From a virus, in the IMG/VR virus record IMGVR_UViG_3300044971_004534: a stretch of DNA of 64,000 nucleotides, one strand, 5' to 3'. The notes under the pieces are model-generated. The model was given only the letters and a program-made list of their open reading frames with translations. It ran no database searches and was not told the origin of the DNA. A program made the translations under genes and the position numbers. Below, piece after piece: positions 19,726-28,745 of the stretch (position 1 is the first letter of the stretch; each line of letters opens with the position of its first letter).

Positions 19726-19929
19726 ATGAAAAACTTAAAAATATACTACATAATCGCTTCTGCAATTTCTATCATACTTGTTTTGCTAAAATTAACTGGA
19801 TTAGTTGATATCGGATGGACTTGGATTATATGTCCACTCATTGCTCCATTTGTCGCAACTTTCTTTGCAGTAGCATTTGTTATGTGCGCAGCAATATGTA
19901 TGGCTTTTTTGTTCTTGCTTTTTAGATAA
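19726..19929 (+). CDS. small membrane protein
   Basis: 67 aa, two hydrophobic helices; 'ggaggtttcATG' SD. Confidence 0.5.
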   Translation: MKNLKIYYIIASAISIILVLLKLTGLVDIGWTWIICPLIAPFVATFFAVAFVMCAAICMAFLFLLFR

Positions 19930-19975
19930 CATTTGCATTAGCAGGATATCAATTAAAAATAAAGAACATATATTT

Positions 19976-20467
19976 ATGAACTTTAAATTTAACAAACAAC
20001 AATGGATGCGCATTGGGCACCAACTTGGTTGGCTGAAGAAGGCTGATTTAAATGCTGATGATCAAAAAATGATGGAACAAATCATGAAGGCAGAGCCAAT
20101 TCGTACCAAACAACCGTCTGACAAACTTATTCGTGATGCAGAAATCGTTGTTCAAGACGCCATGGAAAATTTACTGCATATTTCTCATGAGCTGGGCGAT
20201 GTATTGAGTGGAAATATTGCTGCCGATGACAACGTTGTTAGCATGACACGTGCTCTTGAGGAAGATTACAGATACGTCATGCAAGAACTGCCAAGCAAGC
20301 CTTTGCAATTTGCGCAAGGATTAAAAGAAGTTGTAAATCAAGCTTTGTTTCATCTTGATACGCTCACAGAGTCCATGAATCGCCATAATCTGGCGAAGAG
20401 TTCTTTAATAAACGATATTCGAAAAGATCTCATCTTTGGACGCAGAATATTGGAAAATGTAATTTAA
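19976..20467 (+). CDS. hypothetical protein
   Basis: ATG 19976 chosen (track ORF begins 19877 inside the previous gene); N-terminal 'QQWMRIGHQLGWLKKA' motif. Confidence 0.55.
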   Translation: MNFKFNKQQWMRIGHQLGWLKKADLNADDQKMMEQIMKAEPIRTKQPSDKLIRDAEIVVQDAMENLLHISHELGDVLSGNIAADDNVVSMTRALEEDYRYVMQELPSKPLQFAQGLKEVVNQALFHLDTLTESMNRHNLAKSSLINDIRKDLIFGRRILENVI

Positions 20468-21094
20468 TTACTTTAAGTAACCTGCAAGTGCTTTGTGTAT
20501 TCTTGCTGGTATTTTTCTGTGAGTATGTACTCTAAAATTTGGCGGCATTAGTGAGAGTATGTATCTGCTTGTCATTGGATCTCTACGGAAAGCCCAGAAC
20601 TTTTGTTCCTGTTCCATAATCCAATGAGAATATATGTAAATATTTGCTCTACGTGCATATCCATGTAGATTGATTGGAAGCCTAAACTTCTTGGCAACTC
20701 TGCACGCCCTTATCTCGCAATCTCTTTCCATTTCCCTTACGATATAAAATGCTTTTTCTAGTCTTTTCTTTTGTATTTTTTCTCTAGAAAACCACTTATC
20801 AATATAGATAAGGGCAGAATCAGATTGTTTGTATATTTTTGACTTATCAAGCCACTGTAGGAAGTGTGCATATTCATGCACTAGAGATTCAAGCCACAAG
20901 TTATTTTTTCTTGCTACTCTGATAACGCGTTCATCTTCAGAGAAATATGCGCTACTGGTATAGCCGCCGCACTGGACAGTAGCACCTTGACCCCATATGA
21001 GTCTCATTTTGTACTCAGCAAGATGTCTTTTTATGTGCTTTATAAAACTTTTTACGGATTTATATTTTGCTATGTGCTCACTTTTTGTTAGCAT
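20468..21094 (-). CDS. putative zinc metallopeptidase (HExxH)
   Basis: 208 aa with 'SLVHEYAHFLQW' HExxH motif; family unresolved. Confidence 0.45.
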   Translation of the reverse strand: MLTKSEHIAKYKSVKSFIKHIKRHLAEYKMRLIWGQGATVQCGGYTSSAYFSEDERVIRVARKNNLWLESLVHEYAHFLQWLDKSKIYKQSDSALIYIDKWFSREKIQKKRLEKAFYIVREMERDCEIRACRVAKKFRLPINLHGYARRANIYIYSHWIMEQEQKFWAFRRDPMTSRYILSLMPPNFRVHTHRKIPARIHKALAGYLK

Positions 21095-21212
21095 ACAAAC
21101 GCCTCCCTGTCTATATGTCGATCAAAGCTTGCCCAAGAGCAGCACTTATTATTACTTTTTTATGCACTGTTGCACCTTGGGCAGGAAAAATTAAAAAACG
21201 TAGATAAATAAC

Positions 21213-21620
21213 ATGGGAGTTTTTATGGAAAATGAATCTTTAGAAAAATCAGCGAATTTAGACCGATGGTTTAAAGAAAAATGGGTAGATATTTCCCGCA
21301 AAGACAAGCACGGGAAGCACCCTCCATGTGGTAGATCGGACGCTTCTAAGGGCTCATATCCAAAATGCCGTCCCTCTAAGAAAGTATCCAAGAAGACCCC
21401 TTCCACATCGCGTGGGATGTCTAAAAAGACTAAAGAAAAGGCTGTTAGGCAAAAAAGACAGGCTGAACAGGCTCCCAGAGTCGATAAGAAGCCTCACATG
21501 ACATCTCATCATGATTTAAAAAAGAAAAAAGCTTCCTCTGAAGTCCGTATGACTAAAGAGGCTTGGTTGGAAATAGGCCTAACGGCGGGGTGGCTAAATG
21601 AACAAAGTAATTCAGAATGA
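21213..21620 (+). CDS. basic lysine-rich protein
   Basis: 135 aa, K/R-rich centre, C-terminal 'KEAWLEIGLTAGWL' motif shared with 19976-20467. Confidence 0.55.
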   Translation: MGVFMENESLEKSANLDRWFKEKWVDISRKDKHGKHPPCGRSDASKGSYPKCRPSKKVSKKTPSTSRGMSKKTKEKAVRQKRQAEQAPRVDKKPHMTSHHDLKKKKASSEVRMTKEAWLEIGLTAGWLNEQSNSE

Positions 21621-21719
21621 AGACAAAGTCTGTCCTACAACAGAAAAGTTAAAATTTTTCTTTTGGTTTTGGACTGGATGGACTCTTGCTCTAATGTCGT
21701 GCAATAGTATAATGCACTG

Positions 21720-21950
21720 ATGTTTGGTATTAAAGTATCTGGTTACGACATTAACGGGGAACCGCTCCTGCTTGCTGATGGCATCAAAGGTGAGGGGAGA
21801 AAAATTCTTATTTTTTCAACCAAAGAAGCGGCTGAAAAAGACTGTCGTGAGATGAACTCCATCAGAGCACGGATGAAGACTCCCACCAACTACGAAGTGA
21901 TTAAGATTAAAAAAGAGTGGATTGAGGGGATGCCAGTAGAGTATCTGTAA
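21720..21950 (+). CDS. hypothetical protein
   Basis: 76-aa ORF in the co-directional gene train. Confidence 0.45.
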   Translation: MFGIKVSGYDINGEPLLLADGIKGEGRKILIFSTKEAAEKDCREMNSIRARMKTPTNYEVIKIKKEWIEGMPVEYL

Positions 21951-21984
21951 TGTTTGTGAAAACATGAAAAGTTTTCTACAGCAC

Positions 21985-22012
21985 TTGACAGAGCGTACAA
22001 ACTGTGTATAGT
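21985..22012 (+). promoter_or_regulatory. sigma70-like promoter
   Basis: TTGACA-16 nt-TATAGT. Confidence 0.45.
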
Positions 22013-22150
22013 ACATGCACAAGGCCGTTACTGACGTTCATGTAACGCCTCTTGTGTCAGGGACTTGCAGTATTTTCAGCCGTTACCGAATCTACTGCCA
22101 CACTGATACGAATCAAAAAGTGCCTGCTGTACTTTAGGAGAGTAAGCTCA

Positions 22151-22759
22151 ATGGTCAAGTTTATCGCCACTCAGGATCTCAAGTCTGCCAACATCGGCAA
22201 GTCTATGACTCTGTATGAAATGTACGAGTACATTAGAGCGCACCGGGTTGAGCTTGCTGCCATGAAAAGACAAGCAGCAAATACTCGAGTTGAGTTGGAG
22301 CATTTGGTCGCAGAGATGACTTACAAGGTCGCCTCTGTGGATTGCTCCAAAAAGGCAAACAGGCTGAGAGTTTCCTTGGACGAACTTGTGAAAAACATTC
22401 GTGCCATTGAATCGTGTTCAAAAGAGATTGGTGGTCTTGACGATCAGGCAAAGTCTAAGTCTGCCAAGAAAGACGGGAAAAAGCCTTTCAGAGAATGTGT
22501 TGAGCAGTTTGTTCAGCTCAAGGGTTCTGAGCCTTTTGAGCCCACTGAAGTTGCAAGATTTGTTGCTGAATCTAGAGGGCAAGAGCTTACTAATTCTCTT
22601 AGAGTGTTTACTCACCGGATCATCAAGGACTTTGTTCTTGAGAAGCGAATCATTCAGCTTGCTCACGGCTTGTACGAAAGTTCTAGTGCCGTGAATCTTT
22701 TCTCCGAATCTGACACTTCTGTTTCGCTTGAGGATGCTGCAAAAGCAAATTGCGCTTAA
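22151..22759 (+). CDS. hypothetical protein
   Basis: ATG 22151 with 'aggagagtaagctcaATG' SD (track ORF begins 22052). Confidence 0.55.
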   Translation: MVKFIATQDLKSANIGKSMTLYEMYEYIRAHRVELAAMKRQAANTRVELEHLVAEMTYKVASVDCSKKANRLRVSLDELVKNIRAIESCSKEIGGLDDQAKSKSAKKDGKKPFRECVEQFVQLKGSEPFEPTEVARFVAESRGQELTNSLRVFTHRIIKDFVLEKRIIQLAHGLYESSSAVNLFSESDTSVSLEDAAKANCA

Positions 22760-22809
22760 ATTAAAAAGAATATTGCCTTCGTTGTTTTGCTTGTTGTCGA
22801 TATAGGTGG

Positions 22810-23028
22810 ATGAACGACACACAAAGCAACGAAGGCGATATTATTTCTGTATTAGAACAGATTGACTACATACTTCAAAACCTGGATGTTGTACCACTTC
22901 CAGGGCATGTTGTGGCAACTTTATGTCAGTCTAGAAGATACATACAGTATTTAGAAACTGAAGTTCTTAAAAACATGCAACAGCCAATTCAGCACGAAGC
23001 AGAGTTGGTCGAAAAAAACGAAAACTAA
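22810..23028 (+). CDS. hypothetical protein
   Basis: 72-aa ORF with 'aggtgg' SD. Confidence 0.45.
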   Translation: MNDTQSNEGDIISVLEQIDYILQNLDVVPLPGHVVATLCQSRRYIQYLETEVLKNMQQPIQHEAELVEKNEN

Positions 23029-23048
23029 AAATTAGATGGAGATTTATT

Positions 23049-23399
23049 ATGTCAGATCATATAGTGAAATTAGATAACGACAATTTTGAAAAACAGGTTT
23101 ATCAAAGTGATTTACCTTATTTTGTGCAATTCAGCACTCCATGGTGCGCCCCATGCAGAACATTTGCGCCAATAATGCTATCTCTTGCTGAGCAGTTTGA
23201 CGGCAAGTGCAGGTTTGGGAAAGTTGACGCGGAAGAAAATATGGATTTGGCTTACAGGTTCAATATTGTCTCGGTTCCCACTATGATTATTTTTCATAAA
23301 GATAAAATAGTTGATAGAATCAACGGCTTGATTGGAAGAGAAAACGTTGTCGCCAAGATCGAAAATGCGCTTCAGTCTGCTTCATCTGAGAGAGTTTAA
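23049..23399 (+). CDS. trxA: thioredoxin
   Basis: 'FSTPWCAPCRTFAP' WCxxC active site, 'VPTMIIF'. Confidence 0.9.
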   Translation: MSDHIVKLDNDNFEKQVYQSDLPYFVQFSTPWCAPCRTFAPIMLSLAEQFDGKCRFGKVDAEENMDLAYRFNIVSVPTMIIFHKDKIVDRINGLIGRENVVAKIENALQSASSERV

Positions 23400-23407
23400 T
23401 AATCTAT

Positions 23408-24403
23408 ATGCAAAAAACAGCAGTTATTACAGGAGTGAATGGCCAAGATGGTTCTTACCTTTCTGAGCTATTGCTTTCAAAAGGCTATAAAGTAATAGGA
23501 CTTAAGCGTAGGACTTCCACGATTAATACGTCAAGAGTTGACCATCTAATGTCTAACTCAGATTTTCAATTACGATATTATGATCTTCAAGATGGGCCTT
23601 GTATCACTCATTTACTCAATACGTACCGTGTAGATGAGCTGTACAACTTGGCTGCTCAATCTCATGTAGGTGTATCTTTTGAGATCCCGGAGTACACCTC
23701 GTATGGAATTTGCCAGGGAACAATAAAGATACTAGAAGCAATACGCTCTTCAAGTCCGCACACAAAGTTCTATCAGGCTTCTTCTTCTGAGATGTATGGA
23801 GACAGCACTGATTATGATGACAATCAGGCTTTCAATGAGGAAAGTCGAATGCTTCCGGTATCTCCGTATGCATGCTCTAAATTGCACGCACACCACATGA
23901 CTCGTGTTTATCGTAATGCCTATGGGATGCATGCTTCTTCAGGAATACTTTTTAATCACGAAAGTCCGCGTCGTGGAGAAACTTTTGTAACACGAAAGAT
24001 TACGATGGCTGCTGCGAAGATTAAACTTGGGAAGCAAAGAAAGTTGAGTCTAGGAAATTTGGATGCCCAAAGAGACTGGGGTCATGCCGCTGACTACGTA
24101 GAAGCGATGTGGTTAATGCTACAGCAGTCCACTGGAGATGATTACGTGGTTGCAACGAATGAAACTTACACGGTCAGAGATTTCTTAAAAGTAGTTTTTG
24201 ACTATGCTGGACTAGGAGATTACAACCAATATGTCGTAATAGATCAGCGTCTTTTTAGGCCTAATGAAGTTCCTTTCTTGAAGGGAAACCCAGCAAAGGC
24301 CATATCAAGATTGGGGTGGAAGCCGAAGCATAGCATGGAGTCTCTTGCAAAGAGCATGTTTGATGAAGATCTAAAACTTTTAACAGAAAAGGTTTCAATA
24401 TGA
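23408..24403 (+). CDS. gmd: GDP-mannose 4,6-dehydratase
   Basis: 'ITGVNGQDGSYLSELLL', 'NLAAQSHVGVSFE', 'FYQASSSEMYG', 'SPYACSKL', 'GILFNHESPRRGETFVTRKIT'. Confidence 0.9.
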   Translation: MQKTAVITGVNGQDGSYLSELLLSKGYKVIGLKRRTSTINTSRVDHLMSNSDFQLRYYDLQDGPCITHLLNTYRVDELYNLAAQSHVGVSFEIPEYTSYGICQGTIKILEAIRSSSPHTKFYQASSSEMYGDSTDYDDNQAFNEESRMLPVSPYACSKLHAHHMTRVYRNAYGMHASSGILFNHESPRRGETFVTRKITMAAAKIKLGKQRKLSLGNLDAQRDWGHAADYVEAMWLMLQQSTGDDYVVATNETYTVRDFLKVVFDYAGLGDYNQYVVIDQRLFRPNEVPFLKGNPAKAISRLGWKPKHSMESLAKSMFDEDLKLLTEKVSI

Positions 24404-24801
24404 GTAAGAAAAAAGATAGTTCAAAGAAGAGCGGGGGAAAGAAGCAGTCCAAGAAAGATGTGAAGAAGGAAAAGAAGTCGGCAAAGAAGACTGAGCCTAA
24501 GCCAATGAAGCCACAATTTGTGTGGCCAAAAGACGAGCCTGCCATGAAGAAAGATCCAGTCGTTTCTGAAGAAGTAAAAGAAGAGACTCTTCATCCAGAA
24601 GAAGCAGGTTTTGCGTCTTTTGAAGAGCCAAAGCTAAATGGCACTGAAACTCCGTTTGTATTTACAAGTCATGTTTCAGTGAGTACTTCTGCTAATTTTG
24701 ATCACGTGAAAGAAAAAGCAGCAAATTTTGCTGAAAAAACTCAGAATGACATCAAGAAAATGTGGAAGACTTTCATCAGAAAGATGAAGGGGTTGGCTTG
24801 A
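24400..24801 (+). CDS. lysine-rich hypothetical protein
   Basis: 133 aa, N-terminal 40 aa mostly K/S; ATGA overlap with gmd stop. Confidence 0.5.
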   Translation: MSKKKDSSKKSGGKKQSKKDVKKEKKSAKKTEPKPMKPQFVWPKDEPAMKKDPVVSEEVKEETLHPEEAGFASFEEPKLNGTETPFVFTSHVSVSTSANFDHVKEKAANFAEKTQNDIKKMWKTFIRKMKGLA

Positions 24802-24833
24802 TTAAAGTATTTTGAGCCATAGGCTTTCGCCTT

Positions 24834-25019
24834 ATGCATGCATACTTGTATAAATTTGCAGTCCCGCTGGTAAGCTTACTTACGGTGGCTGCAATTTTTA
24901 TTTACATTCAAAGTAAAAAACAAAAAAATACATTTTCAAGTAATGATGCACTGAAAAAAGCGCAAACGCTTGAGGACATTAAAAAAATAGAAAAAGCCCT
25001 TTACGATGGAGAGGGCTAA
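24834..25019 (+). CDS. small membrane protein
   Basis: 61 aa, one hydrophobic helix. Confidence 0.4.
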   Translation: MHAYLYKFAVPLVSLLTVAAIFIYIQSKKQKNTFSSNDALKKAQTLEDIKKIEKALYDGEG

Positions 25020-25044
25020 TCTCTAAAAATTTGTCTCTCACGCA

Positions 25045-25073
25045 TTGACAAGAGTATAGCACAGTGCTATGCT
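25045..25073 (+). promoter_or_regulatory. sigma70-like promoter upstream of csrA
   Basis: TTGACA-17 nt-TATGCT, about 45 nt upstream of ATG 25119. Confidence 0.55.
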
Positions 25074-25118
25074 ACTTATGAAAGCACGGTGCTTTCAACA
25101 CTCTAGCCAAGGAAGGTT

Positions 25119-25304
25119 ATGCAAAAAGAAAAAAAGGTTTTGGTAGTTTCTAGAAAAGTCGGTGAAGTGGTCGTGATTGGAGAGCCCACCAACCCTCTCG
25201 GTGAAGTCGAAATCGTGAAGGTTGAGGGTGGAAAGGTCAGAATCGCGTTCCGCTTTCCAGAAGACGTGAAAATCAATCGTGAAGAAGTTGCGCTGACTAA
25301 GTAA
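25119..25304 (+). CDS. csrA: carbon storage regulator CsrA/RsmA homologue
   Basis: 'VLVVSRKVGEVVVIGE...VEIVKVEGGKVRIAFRFPEDVKINREEV' colinear with CsrA 'LILTRRVGE..IGD..V.VL.V.G.QVR.G..AP..V.V.REE'. Confidence 0.8.
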   Translation: MQKEKKVLVVSRKVGEVVVIGEPTNPLGEVEIVKVEGGKVRIAFRFPEDVKINREEVALTK

Positions 25305-25323
25305 TCTTTTTCACTCAGCATTT

Positions 25324-25363
25324 AAAGGCTGTACACAAAAATGTGTGCAGCCTTTATCTTTTT
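25324..25363 (+). terminator. rho-independent terminator after csrA
   Basis: 14-bp stem AAAGGCTGTACACA/TGTGTGCAGCCTTT (one G-U), AAAA loop, then ATCTTTTT. Confidence 0.65.
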
Positions 25364-25400
25364 ACCACGCTCATGGATATTAACCAATACGGAGATATCC

Positions 25401-26045
25401 ATGGGAGCGAACGATCCAACTACCGCTTACATCATAATTGAACACTCTGACGGCAAGTATTATTCTTATCGTGAAAGCGTTGATCATTTCAAAGTAGCAG
25501 AGGAAACCAGAAGCAAGTCTGGTCTTAAAAAAGTTTCAGAAACACTGCTAGATGAAGACTGCGATCTATCAAGTCTTCCAAACAACACTTATATTGTATT
25601 AAATGTTAATTCAAAGCAGTCTTGTGGAAACGCAAGAAGCACCGATTTGATGATCGATATGTGGGGAGAAAAGTGCGAAGAGTACGAATCATTGTGCTCT
25701 GCCTGCATAGCTTGGACTATTTATGAATCAACGGGCACTGTTCCCTTGACTAGTGAAGTTTCAGAAAAAATCCAAGCACTAAAAAGAAATTCATCTTCAA
25801 CTTCAAAGGCTGCAAACATATCTCACTGGAACTGCAGGCTCGTTAGAAAATTCTATGAAGAATCTGACGAATACTACGTTGCGGTCTATGAGGTTTACTA
25901 TGACGAAAATGGTGATCCTATTTTACGTACTGAAGAGCCAGTTCATGTTGACGGCAGCACTGTAAAAGAAGTTGAGAAATATCTCAAATTGATCAAAAAG
26001 GCAATGAAAAAGCCTGTACTGGATGATTCTATTTTTAACAAGTGA
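25401..26045 (+). CDS. hypothetical protein
   Basis: ATG 25401 with 'ggagatatccATG' SD; the track start 25341 lies inside the csrA terminator. Confidence 0.55.
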   Translation: MGANDPTTAYIIIEHSDGKYYSYRESVDHFKVAEETRSKSGLKKVSETLLDEDCDLSSLPNNTYIVLNVNSKQSCGNARSTDLMIDMWGEKCEEYESLCSACIAWTIYESTGTVPLTSEVSEKIQALKRNSSSTSKAANISHWNCRLVRKFYEESDEYYVAVYEVYYDENGDPILRTEEPVHVDGSTVKEVEKYLKLIKKAMKKPVLDDSIFNK

Positions 26046-26052
26046 GGAAAAT

Positions 26053-26511
26053 ATGGCTATTACTTTTGGTTATTCTATACTTTATGGCGTTGGTAACAAG
26101 GTAACTGAATCAAATGCAGAAGGATCTACATATGTAGATTTTTCGTATACATCTCCACTTTCTTTCACTGGAGCACTGGAGCATCCTGTTCCAACAAATG
26201 AGGGGATTTATACACCCACCGTTGGACATTCGTATCCTAACGTAGTTTTTATGGGAGTTGCTGACGGGTTCTGGGTGCACAGGGTGTTTCTTGATGGACA
26301 TCTTGTCCAGACTTTCACATTCATGGATCAGCATTTTACGATACCAATACAGTTCGATTTTGTTGAAAGCGTTGCTATGCAGATTTCTCCAACAAACGGT
26401 GGAATTGGCTGTGCAACTGCTGACTGTGACGTTCCTGGGCCTGCAAGCTTAATTACTCTTTGCGCCAGTGCAGCACTAATTTTTAACAAGAGAAAAAGAT
26501 GTTCTCTGTAA
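26053..26511 (+). CDS. hypothetical protein with PEP-CTERM-like C-terminal anchor
   Basis: ATG 26053; C-terminus 'VPGPASLITLCASAALIFNKRKR' resembles the PEP-CTERM motif/hydrophobic span/basic tail. Confidence 0.5.
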   Translation: MAITFGYSILYGVGNKVTESNAEGSTYVDFSYTSPLSFTGALEHPVPTNEGIYTPTVGHSYPNVVFMGVADGFWVHRVFLDGHLVQTFTFMDQHFTIPIQFDFVESVAMQISPTNGGIGCATADCDVPGPASLITLCASAALIFNKRKRCSL

Positions 26512-26668
26512 ATCTAACGGGTGTCAAGCCTACTGTCGATAAATAATACATGGAACCAATTTTACAATTATCTATCATATTTGTTTTAGGAGCACTTGGT
26601 TTTACTATTATCTTGAACGAAGTTCCAAGAAGCATGGTAAAGAGTAGGCAAAAGAAAGCAAAAAAGAA

Positions 26669-27022
26669 ATGAAAGTAATTATAGCTGGATCTAGAAGCAT
26701 AACTGACAAAGATGTCGTGAATCAAGCAATTAAGGATTCAGGTTTTAAAATTACAGAAATTCTTTGTGGATGTGCAAAAGGTGTTGATGATCTCGGTAGA
26801 CAATATGGTGAGCAAAACAAGATTTTGGTGACTGAATATCCACCTAATTGGCACAAGTATGGCAACGCCGCTGGCATCATGCGAAACATTGTGATGGCAA
26901 AGAAGTGCGACGCCTTAATAGCGGTGTGGGATGGAAAGTCTAGGGGTACTAAGCACATGATTGAGTGCATAGAAAAATTAAAATTACCACTTTATGTAAA
27001 AGATATGTCACATGGACAGTGA
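26669..27022 (+). CDS. SLOG/DUF2493-type Rossmann protein (DprA/LOG-like)
   Basis: 'MKVIIAGSRSITD', 'CGCAKGVDDLG', 'GNAAGIMRN', 'LIAVWDGKSRGTKHMI' typical of DUF2493 phage proteins. Confidence 0.6.
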   Translation: MKVIIAGSRSITDKDVVNQAIKDSGFKITEILCGCAKGVDDLGRQYGEQNKILVTEYPPNWHKYGNAAGIMRNIVMAKKCDALIAVWDGKSRGTKHMIECIEKLKLPLYVKDMSHGQ

Positions 27023-27503
27023 GAAAGAAAAAAAGAATAATAGCCTCTCTAAGGCACTGTCTGAAATAGGAGAACTGCAGGAGCAGAGCAAATCTCAATA
27101 TGCTGCTAATGCAGATGCTTGGTGGAACAATCTGTCATATGATGACAAGTTGAAGGCTTTTTACTCAGTGTGTTCAAGGATACACAAAGGCGATTTCATT
27201 GAAGGAAAATCCTACCGGGGTGTTTTGTACGATATTTTTGATTTTGGACTGGATTCGTATAGCATAGGCATGATGTGTGGATATTTAGAGATACACAACT
27301 CAATTGTCCCAGAAAGGAATCAAAAAATGCAAGACATCGCCTCACAGTTTATAGCCAACTTTCCAACAGAGGAAATCCCTCCAAGCGTTTTTGGTCTATG
27401 GCAGCAGTGGATTGTTCACGGAGGAGTCCCAAATGGATGGAGTGAAGAACAGGCTTATTACATGTTTAAGGAATTTGAAAAAAACGGTAATGAAGAAAAG
27501 TAA
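27012..27503 (+). CDS. hypothetical protein
   Basis: 163-aa ORF overlapping upstream stop. Confidence 0.55.
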   Translation: MDSEKEKKNNSLSKALSEIGELQEQSKSQYAANADAWWNNLSYDDKLKAFYSVCSRIHKGDFIEGKSYRGVLYDIFDFGLDSYSIGMMCGYLEIHNSIVPERNQKMQDIASQFIANFPTEEIPPSVFGLWQQWIVHGGVPNGWSEEQAYYMFKEFEKNGNEEK

Positions 27504-27521
27504 TCTCAAAAGGAGAAACAC

Positions 27522-27689
27522 ATGAACAGCACAGAAATGACAACAAAAAAAGAAATGAATGCAGAAGAGCTAAGAGCTATTATTCGTGAAGCACTGAATA
27601 AGTTGGAAAATGCTCCGAATCATATTTTTACTACTTCAAAGCACGCAATATTTATATACGAGCTTGAGAAGATTTTGCGCAAGGCTTGA
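27522..27689 (+). CDS. small hypothetical protein (55 aa)
   Basis: Sub-threshold ORF with 'aaggag' SD 7 nt upstream. Confidence 0.35.
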   Translation: MNSTEMTTKKEMNAEELRAIIREALNKLENAPNHIFTTSKHAIFIYELEKILRKA

Positions 27690-27698
27690 TATTAGTTC

Positions 27699-27851
27699 AT
27701 GAAATACATCAAGCAGCTAGTGATAGCTCGAAAAATAAAACCATTTGAAATGGTGATGTCTATTACAGATTTGGTGATAGACGGATTCTTGGCTATGATG
27801 ATTGTTTTAATATTGATCGCAACGATTAGTTGGATTGCTAATCATTTTTGA
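27699..27851 (+). CDS. small membrane protein (50 aa)
   Basis: Sub-threshold ORF with a hydrophobic C-terminal half. Confidence 0.3.
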   Translation: MKYIKQLVIARKIKPFEMVMSITDLVIDGFLAMMIVLILIATISWIANHF

Positions 27852-27872
27852 AGCACTGTTACTAAAAGTACA

Positions 27873-28424
27873 ATGGAAACTCGTAACATAATAGATCACT
27901 ATGCATACTGGAACGATGACGCTATTAGAGCTGATCTTGATGATAAGCGTTTTAACTATTCAGTTGTGTGCTGCAATATTGGGAACGATTTTAATATTGC
28001 AACCGTTATTCGCAACGCTAATGCGTTTCTTGCGAAAGAAGTCGTAATTTATGGCAACAAAAAGTACGATAGGCGTGGGACTGTTGGAACGCATCACTAC
28101 ACCAATTTTCGTCATGTTAAGTCTGTTGACGATCTTTCTGCTTATTTTTGCTCACTGGGGGGAGTACATGATGTCGAAAGAGTCCAAATCATCGGAATAG
28201 ATAATGTGGGTCATTCGGAAAACATCAATGATTTTTCATTTGACCCATCAGTTTACTATGTGATGATTTTCGGTCAGGAGCAAATAGGCATCCCGACAGA
28301 AGTTCTTGAGATGTGCGATCATGTCCTCTACATTCCTCAGTACGGGTCTGTGAGGAGTATTAATGTGGGGTCTGCCAGCGCAATCGCCATGAATGCCTAC
28401 TGTGCCTCTTGCGCGCTTGTGTAA
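27873..28424 (+). CDS. SpoU/TrmH family RNA 2'-O-methyltransferase
   Basis: 'NDFNIATVIRNANAF', 'IFGQEQIGIPTEVLEMCDHVLYIPQYGSVRSINVGSASAIAM' = SpoU motifs. Confidence 0.75.
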   Translation: METRNIIDHYAYWNDDAIRADLDDKRFNYSVVCCNIGNDFNIATVIRNANAFLAKEVVIYGNKKYDRRGTVGTHHYTNFRHVKSVDDLSAYFCSLGGVHDVERVQIIGIDNVGHSENINDFSFDPSVYYVMIFGQEQIGIPTEVLEMCDHVLYIPQYGSVRSINVGSASAIAMNAYCASCALV

Positions 28425-28484
28425 TCTACAAAAAAGTACCATACACCCCTTGACAGACCCGTTCTCCTGCACTACCTTCCGTGC

Positions 28485-28745
28485 ATGAGCATTGAGACAG
28501 TCTTCAAGCGCATGACCGCCAAGGGGTACAGTTTTTCCGTTGGCACCATGGATGGAAATTTTGCAAAATTAATTTTGCCTGCGATGCACATTACTGGAGG
28601 AACAGTAATGATCCCCATGTGGGTCAAGTCGCAGAACGAAAAGGAAGTCGTGTGTGTTCTAGGGTCTGAGCCAACAGAGTCTCACCCTGAGCAAAAAATC
28701 CCAAGAAGTTATTTTAGCAGCATCGTTTCATTGCCCAAGCCATGA
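28485..28745 (+). CDS. hypothetical protein
   Basis: 86-aa ORF; first gene of the GC-richer segment. Confidence 0.45.
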   Translation: MSIETVFKRMTAKGYSFSVGTMDGNFAKLILPAMHITGGTVMIPMWVKSQNEKEVVCVLGSEPTESHPEQKIPRSYFSSIVSLPKP

